Source: an uncultured Actinomycetes bacterium (GTDB lineage Bacteria; Actinomycetota; Actinomycetes; Nanopelagicales; Nanopelagicaceae). From it: a stretch of DNA of 64,000 bases. Positions within the stretch are counted from its first letter, which is position 1; every line of letters starts with the position of its first letter. A program made the position numbers and the translations under genes. The stretch is taken from NCBI GenBank assembly GCA_903834705.1, contig CAILKF010000015.1, forward strand, positions 2,250 to 66,249. Reading direction: 5' to 3'. Below the pieces are notes generated by a model. The model saw nothing but the letters and a program-made list of their open reading frames with translations, had not been told where the DNA came from and made no database searches. Positions 40,469 through 47,367 of this stretch are shown here, one piece after another.

Positions 40469-40505
40469 CTGACGTCCTCATCTACGAGGGCGTCAGTTTT
40501 TCTTT
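40469..40505 (+). terminator. Intrinsic terminator after the mini-gene
   Basis: CTGACGTCCTC-ATCTAC-GAGGGCGTCAG followed by TTTTTCTTT. Confidence 0.8.
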
Positions 40506-40663
40506 GCCCTTTTTGCAAAAAATTCACTCATGCCAACGATTCATTCATTCTGAACTAGCAACTGGGTTAGGCGACAATCACACAGGGTTAAGTAATTAAC
40601 TCAATCCTGGCGCCACTGTGGGTTTAAAACCTGCAATCGCTAGCCAGAAGTAACTCTTCGTTC

Positions 40664-41785
40664 ATGACAAAAACAATAGAACGTACTCATGTATCAGCCC
40701 CTATCAAACCTCGACTCAAAGTTGGAGTCAGAGTCTTATCTAAAGGCAATTCTATTTTCGTAGGAAGTGCTGATTTTGGAATCGAGTTGCGCTCGCCTTG
40801 CGCGCGAGAAATCGTCGGTCAACTAAATGGTTCACTCTCGGAAAATGAAATTAGTGCAAATCTCAACATCCCTCTCGAAAACGTTGGAGAAGTAATTACA
40901 CGATTAGATGAAGCACACCTTATAGATACCCAGTTGAGTAAGTTAGAAATATATTCTCGTTTCAATTCACATCTAAAGAGTGAATCTACTCAACAGAGAG
41001 AGTTGGCTCTAGATGGTGCTCACCAACAGATTCAAAGTAAATTAATTCCTGAACTTGCATTTACCACGTGGTTAGCCGATGTTCGAGATGGCGGAGTATT
41101 TAACATCGGTTCACGCCGTGACATTGACCTACAAATTATTGGCGAAAATCGAATCGCCTCTCTTCTTTTTGGAATCATGCTTGCGAGCGGTGTTTCGAAT
41201 ACGAGTTTGCTTTCAAGCCAAGAAACGATTCAAACTCAAGATATTTGCGCTGGCTATTTTCGAGCTAGCGACATCGGCTTATCACTCACTAGGCGAACAG
41301 AAGAACTTTCTAGAGAACTCTCGCTTTTCCCGCTTCCTCAAAAAATAAAAAAGAGTGATGATTTGTTCCCTACTCGATCACTGCGCGTCGTTTTAGGAAA
41401 AATCCCTGCCGATCAAATTCAAGATTGGATGAGCCAAGGAATTCCGCATTTAATCATTGAAGACCCAGACGGTGCTTCCATAAATATCGGCCCTCTTGTA
41501 ATTCCCGGTAGTGGCCCGTGCCTGAGATGTGTGCGAATTACGCGCGAAGAGGAGAATGAAATCTGGAAAGAAATTGAATGGCAAAGGGCATTTGCACAAT
41601 CTCTTGAAACCCCTGTTGCTGTCGCCCATAGCGTTGCAGGCACAGTGGCGCTTGAACTGCTTCGATTTATTGATAGTGGTGAATCAACGCTCATTGGATC
41701 TATGGCGCACATCAAATATCACTCACCTTGTAATACAGAACACAGGAACTTTGCGCAGCATCCCGCGTGCGGTTGCAATTGGTAA
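40664..41785 (+). CDS. E1-like (ThiF/TOMM-docking-type) protein with an N-terminal RiPP-recognition-element-like domain
   Basis: 373-aa ORF. The N-terminus is PqqD/RRE-like (AREIVGQLNGSLSENEISANLNIPLENVGEVITRLDEAHLI). The Gly-loop position is degenerate (IIGENRIASLL). The motifs PGSGPCLRC and a terminal HPACGCNW resemble cyclodehydratase-partner domains. Confidence 0.55.
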   Translation: MTKTIERTHVSAPIKPRLKVGVRVLSKGNSIFVGSADFGIELRSPCAREIVGQLNGSLSENEISANLNIPLENVGEVITRLDEAHLIDTQLSKLEIYSRFNSHLKSESTQQRELALDGAHQQIQSKLIPELAFTTWLADVRDGGVFNIGSRRDIDLQIIGENRIASLLFGIMLASGVSNTSLLSSQETIQTQDICAGYFRASDIGLSLTRRTEELSRELSLFPLPQKIKKSDDLFPTRSLRVVLGKIPADQIQDWMSQGIPHLIIEDPDGASINIGPLVIPGSGPCLRCVRITREEENEIWKEIEWQRAFAQSLETPVAVAHSVAGTVALELLRFIDSGESTLIGSMAHIKYHSPCNTEHRNFAQHPACGCNW

Positions 41786-41832
41786 TCCATTTTCACTGAG
41801 CGATATCGACATGATTGCCTCAGAATTACCCC

Positions 41833-43173
41833 ATGTCTTCAAAGCCCCCTATTGCAAGCAATGACATTCCACGCGGTAGTACTGCGCGTACCGCGAAAAT
41901 GGTTTCTATCCCCATAGGACTTGCAGGACGAAGTGCACTTGGCTTTGGCCGCCAATTAGTTGGGCAATCAGGAAATATGATCTTTGCTGAAATTCAAGAG
42001 AAAACTGCCGAGCAAGTTTTTAAAGTTTTGGGAGAACTTAAAGGCGGGGCAATGAAGTTTGGGCAAGCCCTCTCTGTTTTCGAAGCGGCCTTACCTGAAG
42101 AAATTGCCAAGCCCTATCGCGAAACTCTTGTGAAGTTACAAGAGTCTGCGCCACCGCTTCCGGTGCGCGTAGTGCACAAAGTTTTAGCAAAAGAATTAGG
42201 TGAAGACTGGCGAGATCATTTTGCATTCTTTGATGACAACCCCACTGCGTCTGCCTCCATTGGCCAAGTGCATCGCGCAACTTGGAAAGATGGCAGGGCA
42301 GTGGCAGTAAAAATTCAATATCCCGGCGCTGCTGAAGCGCTTATTTCAGACCTCAATCAAATACAACGCTTTGCCAAAATATTTGCCTTATTTATGCCCG
42401 GCCTTGATATGAAGCCACTTCTTGAAGAATTGCGCGCCAGAATTATTGAAGAAGTTGACTATCGATACGAAGCCCAAGCGCAAGAAACTTATGCACGGGT
42501 TTATGACAATGATCCAGATATTGCTATTCCAAAAGTTGTGATGGTCTCCGATCGTGTATTAGTCAGCGAGTGGATGGATGGCACACCTCTATCGAAAATC
42601 ATTTCCAGTGGTACACAAGAACAAAGAAACAACGCAGGTATGAAATTAGCAAGGTTCCATTTCACCTCACCCGATCGAGCCGGGCTTCTTCATGCAGATC
42701 CACATCCTGGAAATTTTCGATTACTTGACGATGGACGCTTAGGAGTTCTTGATTTTGGCGCTTGCAATCGCTTACCTGATGGCTTCCCCGAACCAATGAA
42801 AAATCTACTTAAGCACGCGCTCGACGACGATGCCATTGCTCTATATGAAGGATTCAAAAAAGACGGATTCGTGCTAAGTGAAGTTGATGTAGATCCTCAA
42901 TTAGTTCTTGACTATCTCGTGCCATTAGTGGAGCCACTACGTACCGATACATTTAAATACTCTAGAGAATGGCTACGCGATCAAAGTGCACGTGTAGGCG
43001 ATCCTCGAAATCCCACGGCCAAAATTGGTTTTCAACTGAACTTGCCTGCCGAATATGTCTTGATTCATCGCGTTACCTTGGGAACTACTGGAATATTTTG
43101 CCAACTTGAAGCAGAGGGAAATTTCCGAGATGAAGCACTTTCGTGGTTCCCGGAAATCTCCCCCGCTCGTTAA
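41833..43173 (+). CDS. ABC1/UbiB-family atypical kinase
   Basis: Motifs include GGAMKFGQALS, ASIGQVHRA and LLHADPHPGNF. The track ORF starts at a TTG at 41815; I prefer the ATG at 41833. Confidence 0.85.
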   Translation: MSSKPPIASNDIPRGSTARTAKMVSIPIGLAGRSALGFGRQLVGQSGNMIFAEIQEKTAEQVFKVLGELKGGAMKFGQALSVFEAALPEEIAKPYRETLVKLQESAPPLPVRVVHKVLAKELGEDWRDHFAFFDDNPTASASIGQVHRATWKDGRAVAVKIQYPGAAEALISDLNQIQRFAKIFALFMPGLDMKPLLEELRARIIEEVDYRYEAQAQETYARVYDNDPDIAIPKVVMVSDRVLVSEWMDGTPLSKIISSGTQEQRNNAGMKLARFHFTSPDRAGLLHADPHPGNFRLLDDGRLGVLDFGACNRLPDGFPEPMKNLLKHALDDDAIALYEGFKKDGFVLSEVDVDPQLVLDYLVPLVEPLRTDTFKYSREWLRDQSARVGDPRNPTAKIGFQLNLPAEYVLIHRVTLGTTGIFCQLEAEGNFRDEALSWFPEISPAR

Positions 43174-43583
43174 GCTGCGTCGCTTTCTTCTTCGCTTTCA
43201 TCGCTCACCAATGTGATTTCAAGTGCAGGTAAAACTTCTTTGATGTCGCTTGCAGCAGGTGCTAACCGAGGACGTCCCACAGTTCGCTTGCGTGCAATTA
43301 CTACTCCATCTTCGAAGAGTTCCCCGCCCCAAACACCGCATGGTTCTAGACGAGAGAGTGCAGCATCCAAACATTGCTGACGGACTGGACATGCACCGCA
43401 GAGTGACTTGGCTACATCAATTTCATTAGCTTTCTCCGAAAAGAAGAGCTCAGGATCAGCGGTGTGGCATGGCAAATTAAAAGCAATGTCGGAACCGTAT
43501 GCGCCAGTAACGTCGCCTAATCCGGTCTTGCTTCCATCCTCGGCCCAGCCAGGAATTAATAGTTCGCTGAAGAGAACGCTCAT
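43170..43583 (-). CDS. whiB7: WhiB-family Fe-S transcription factor with an AT-hook (WhiB7 type)
   Basis: Starts at MSVLFSE. It has four Cys (PCH...LCGACPVRQQC), the GVWGG turn and then an AT-hook-like KRTVGRPRL. It lies next to uvrD2, as in mycobacteria. Confidence 0.8.
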   Translation of the reverse strand: MSVLFSELLIPGWAEDGSKTGLGDVTGAYGSDIAFNLPCHTADPELFFSEKANEIDVAKSLCGACPVRQQCLDAALSRLEPCGVWGGELFEDGVVIARKRTVGRPRLAPAASDIKEVLPALEITLVSDESEEESDAA

Positions 43584-43640
43584 AGTTCTCACCTTCCTTC
43601 TACTGGTTTCCCAGTTTTGTTTTTACTCTTTGTATTCGGA

Positions 43641-43680
43641 GAAAAGAAAAAGGGCCCGAATCCTTGTGGATTCGTGGCCC
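43641..43680 (-). terminator. Leader attenuator (intrinsic terminator) between the uORF and whiB7
   Basis: The minus strand reads GGGCCACGAATCC-ACAA-GGATTCGGGCCC (12 bp with one bulge) followed by TTTTTCTTTTC. It ends 57 nt before the whiB7 ATG. Confidence 0.6.
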
Positions 43681-43698
43681 TTGGGGTCCTTTTCGGTG

Positions 43699-43854
43699 TT
43701 AACCGATGGGGCTCCAACAGGCCATCTCGCTAAATGCGGGATACCAAGCAGTGCGCTTTGAGGCACGGTTGGCTGTGGCTTTATATGAATGTGAATGAAA
43801 AGTTGCAGCAGGAAGTGAAGAAGCTGAAGTATGCGTAAACAACTGCATTTTCAT
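43699..43854 (-). CDS. Candidate whiB7 leader peptide (uORF, about 51 codons; start uncertain)
   Basis: MKMQLFTHTSASSLPAATFHSHSYKATANRASKRTAWYPAFSEMACWSPIG, preceded by GAGAAAGG 5 nt upstream. The track ORF extends to 43884. The stop codon lies 18 nt upstream of the attenuator stem. Confidence 0.35.
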   Translation of the reverse strand: MKMQLFTHTSASSLPAATFHSHSYKATANRASKRTAWYPAFSEMACWSPIG

Positions 43855-43905
43855 CACTACCTTTCTCATTCGTTTATGCACCATCGTGTGATTGTGCAGT
43901 GGTTA

Positions 43906-43935
43906 AGGGTAAAGCACCAGACATCACTTTTGCAA
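43906..43935 (-). promoter_or_regulatory. Candidate whiB7 promoter
   Basis: The minus strand reads TTGCAA-N18-TACCCT (a TAnnnT-type -10), with an AT-rich tract AGGTTTATTGATT immediately upstream of the -35. Confidence 0.3.
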
Positions 43936-43945
43936 ATCAATAAAC

Positions 43946-45607
43946 CTAACTGACCAGTAACCCAGCTTCACGCAGGAATCGACTTGGATTTTGTCTATAG
44001 CTCAATGCTAAACGACGCTTCGCACGCGTAATGCCCACATAGAACAATCTTCGCTCCTCATCGGCAACTGCATCATGAGTTGGCAAAGTGCCTTCATTAA
44101 CACCAACTAAAAATACCTGCTCCCATTCAAGACCTTTCGCTGCATGCAAGGTTGCCAGTGTGGTTACAGGCATAACAGGTGGATTGTTTTGTTCTGCACG
44201 ATCTTCCAATTCTCGCAAATAAGACCGTAGCGATTTTGGTGAAAAAGATGAGTCTGCATCTAGTTCGCGAGCTAAATGCAAGAGTGCGGTGACGCCATCG
44301 GTAATTGCACTCGTAATAAATGGTTGCGATAAGGCGCGTAATTCATCCAGCCAATACACGCCTTCGGCAGGGATGACGGAGGCTTGGCGTACGCCTTTGA
44401 GGAAATCACGTACATCAGTTCTGTCAAAGAAGCGCTCGTTATCGCGTAATTGATAAGCAATACCTTGGGCTATGCAAGCTTTAGCTAATGAGTTCAGTTG
44501 CGAATTCGTTCTGGCAAGCACTGCAATATCCGAAGCTGGAGTTCCTTGTGCAGTTAATTTCTTAATCTCAGAAATCACTCCTGCAACTTCACTTGCTTCA
44601 TCTTTATATTCTGTAACGACAGGGCGATCGCCATGGGCGTTAAGGGCAACAATCTCTTGACCCATTTCACCACTTCGCAGAATGCTATTTGCTGTAAAGA
44701 TAATCTCAGGGGTCGATCGATACCCAGTGGTGAGGCGAATAACTTGTGCTTCAGGAAAGCGCTTCGTGAAATTATTAAGAAAAATGGGGGTTGCTCCAGC
44801 AAATGAATAAATAGTTTGAGCAGGATCCCCAACAACGCAAATCTCTTCTCGGTTTCCAAGCCAAGAATTTATTAAACGTTGCTGTAACGGTGAAATATCC
44901 TGATATTCATCAATTGTGAAATATCGATACTGGTCGTGAACTCTCTCTCGTACTTCACGCTCTTGTTCCATCATGGCTGTTGTAAGCAACAAAACGTCTT
45001 CATAATCAATCGTGTGCTCTTGTCTCATGAGTGTTTGATAGGCATCGAACACTTGAGCTATCTGCCCTGGATTAATCCGATTGCGTTCAGAACGATCTTT
45101 AGTCTCTTCAATGTAATCTGAAGGCGCAATCATGGAAACTTTTGCCCACTCAATTTCTGATGCAATATCACGCAGTAATTCTCGCGAAGTTACTGCAAGG
45201 CTCGAAGTAAGGCCAGCACGATCGATTGCCTCAGTAATAAATCCTGTTTTTGTCGTGAGCAAGTTAGGAGTTCTGCCTCCAAAAACTCCCGGCCAAAAAT
45301 AGAGAAGTTGCTTGAGGGCAGCTGAGTGAATCGTTCGAGCAGCCACGGTTGGAAATCCAAGTGCACGAAGGCGTGTTCGCATTTCACCAGCGGCACGAGC
45401 CGTAAATGTAAGAGCCAAAACCTTTTGAGGGTTCATCACGCCGATTGCAGATGCATATGCGATTCGATGGGTAATGGCACGAGTTTTTCCAGTACCAGCA
45501 CCTGCGATTACACAAACAGGACCACGAACAGCAAGAGCTACTTCACGTTGTTCGTTATCAAGTGCTGAGAGAATTTCTTCAGCACGAACTTCATGAGCTT
45601 CGCTCAT
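43946..45607 (-). CDS. uvrD2: UvrD/PcrA-family DNA helicase (UvrD2 position; motor core only)
   Basis: Walker A is AGAGTGKT, and the DEYQD box and helicase motifs are present. I prefer the ATG at 45607 (MSEAHEV), which forms an ATGA overlap with the nudC stop. Confidence 0.83.
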   Translation of the reverse strand: MSEAHEVRAEEILSALDNEQREVALAVRGPVCVIAGAGTGKTRAITHRIAYASAIGVMNPQKVLALTFTARAAGEMRTRLRALGFPTVAARTIHSAALKQLLYFWPGVFGGRTPNLLTTKTGFITEAIDRAGLTSSLAVTSRELLRDIASEIEWAKVSMIAPSDYIEETKDRSERNRINPGQIAQVFDAYQTLMRQEHTIDYEDVLLLTTAMMEQEREVRERVHDQYRYFTIDEYQDISPLQQRLINSWLGNREEICVVGDPAQTIYSFAGATPIFLNNFTKRFPEAQVIRLTTGYRSTPEIIFTANSILRSGEMGQEIVALNAHGDRPVVTEYKDEASEVAGVISEIKKLTAQGTPASDIAVLARTNSQLNSLAKACIAQGIAYQLRDNERFFDRTDVRDFLKGVRQASVIPAEGVYWLDELRALSQPFITSAITDGVTALLHLARELDADSSFSPKSLRSYLRELEDRAEQNNPPVMPVTTLATLHAAKGLEWEQVFLVGVNEGTLPTHDAVADEERRLFYVGITRAKRRLALSYRQNPSRFLREAGLLVS

Positions 45608-46542
45608 GGCCTCCAGCTTTCGCCAGATTCGATTTCTCCCCCAAACCAATACTCAACCATTCGTCGGGCAACGCTGATTCGTGGAGGCAAAATTAACGTT
45701 CCATTAAGTACCGATGCCTGAAACTCTTCGCGTGAAAACCATTTAACGTCTGTAATTTCTTGTCCATCAGGTTTCGCATCCGATGGCTTTGAAGTAATTG
45801 CTTCGAATGCAACCATGATTGATGCTGGAAATGGCCACGGTTGCGATCCAAGGTATTTAACGGTGTGAACCTTTACACCTGATTCTTCAGCAACTTCTCG
45901 AACAACACATTGTTCAAAAGATTCACCAGGCTCAACAAACCCCGCAAAAGTTGAATAGCGATTTTCAGGCCAGACGGGCTGATGACCAAGCAGAATGCGA
46001 TCATCCAAGTCCTTGATGAGAACAATTACTGCAGGATCGGTTCTTGGATAATGTTCACTTTCATCGACTGTGCAGATGCGAACTGCGCCACCTATGCCGG
46101 AGCGAGTTGGCGCACCACACCGTGCGCAATGTGGATGTGAGGTATGCCAATTGGAAAGTGCAATCGCATGAACAGCCAGCGCTGCTTCACGATCGGTAAG
46201 GTCAGCGGCCACTTGTCTTAATGTGCGTAGTTGTTCTTCATTATGTGATGTGACGTGAAACGCGAAATAACTTTCCCCTGTTTCTTGATCGATGCCCAAA
46301 AAATAACGTTCCCCATCGCCTGTTATCTCTTTTGCGGAGAAATAGATTAATTCTGAATCTGTGGCAGACAATTTTTCAGCGCTGACGATCACAATCTTTG
46401 CCTTCTCCCAAAGCTCATCAAGCTTTGCAGAATCAGTTCTCAGTTCGCTCGCGCGATCAATTGCATTTCGAGCAAGAACTAAGTTGCGAAGATAACCGGT
46501 GTGTGACTCTGGCGCGCTCATGATGGGTGACACTACTAGCAT
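45604..46542 (-). CDS. nudC: NAD+ diphosphatase (NADH pyrophosphatase), NUDIX
   Basis: It has a zinc ribbon (HCARCGAPT), a NUDIX box (GFVEPGESFEQCVVREVAEESG) and the NudC signature SQPWPFPAS. The start is either 46542 or 46521. Confidence 0.85.
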   Translation of the reverse strand: MLVVSPIMSAPESHTGYLRNLVLARNAIDRASELRTDSAKLDELWEKAKIVIVSAEKLSATDSELIYFSAKEITGDGERYFLGIDQETGESYFAFHVTSHNEEQLRTLRQVAADLTDREAALAVHAIALSNWHTSHPHCARCGAPTRSGIGGAVRICTVDESEHYPRTDPAVIVLIKDLDDRILLGHQPVWPENRYSTFAGFVEPGESFEQCVVREVAEESGVKVHTVKYLGSQPWPFPASIMVAFEAITSKPSDAKPDGQEITDVKWFSREEFQASVLNGTLILPPRISVARRMVEYWFGGEIESGESWRP

Positions 46543-46548
46543 GGGGCG

Positions 46549-47367
46549 GTGCGCATCACCTCGTGGAATTTCCTGCATGGAATGACAATTCCCCCTTCGT
46601 CCCTACCCCCAGAACCAGGTGTTTTAGCCAATGCAATCACCGACCTGGGTAGCGATGTTATGGCACTCCAAGAAGTGGACTACTTACAAGACCGGTCTAA
46701 TAAAGAAAATCAAGTCGCGAATATCGCTTCCCTTCTTGGCGCTAAATATTGGGCGTTTGCACCATCACTTACTGGGGCAACCGAATCCTCGTGGAGCAAA
46801 AAAATAGCAGAAGATCAAAAGTTGATTACTAACGCATCGGTGACCGGTTCGGCTGGCTACGGAATCGGTTTGATTTCTAAAATTCCGGTTACCTCGTGGC
46901 ACCGCCTTGAACTTCGCGGCTCACCATTTGGACTATTACTCTTTCTTCCCATTGATGGGAAATTGAAGAGAACGTATATCCGCGATCATCCGCGGTCTGC
47001 CATCGCCGCCGTTTTAGAAAACGGTTGGCTCATTGTTAATACGCATCTTTCATTTATTCCTATTGTCAACTCTTTTCAACTATCAAAAATTAAGAGATGG
47101 ATCAAACGTCTCCCTGTAAAAGATAAATCTAAAATAATTCTCCTGGGAGATTTCAATATGTTGGGTGGATTGCCAGCGCGCACTCCATTCTGGAATTCAC
47201 TTGCAAAAATGAAGACGTTTCCAAGTTGGTCACCAAAAACGCAACTCGATTACATTCTCTCTCAATCCGTTGCTAGCGAAGATGTTATTCACCACCAAGC
47301 TCAACACTGTGGGCTCAGTGATCACTTACCAATAACAGTTGAGATTAATACTTCTCTAATAGTGTAA
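46549..47367 (+). CDS. Endonuclease/exonuclease/phosphatase (EEP) family protein
   Basis: 272-aa ORF with MRITSWNFLHG, ALQEVD, LLGDFN and SDHLPI. GTG start. Confidence 0.75.
   Translation: MRITSWNFLHGMTIPPSSLPPEPGVLANAITDLGSDVMALQEVDYLQDRSNKENQVANIASLLGAKYWAFAPSLTGATESSWSKKIAEDQKLITNASVTGSAGYGIGLISKIPVTSWHRLELRGSPFGLLLFLPIDGKLKRTYIRDHPRSAIAAVLENGWLIVNTHLSFIPIVNSFQLSKIKRWIKRLPVKDKSKIILLGDFNMLGGLPARTPFWNSLAKMKTFPSWSPKTQLDYILSQSVASEDVIHHQAQHCGLSDHLPITVEINTSLIV

Noticed and set aside
40506-40663. Search for a RiPP precursor peptide ORF upstream of the E1-like gene.
   Set aside because: Only 7-12-codon ORFs without ribosome-binding sites were found on either strand (for example MPTIHSF). None is Cys/Ser/Thr-rich.
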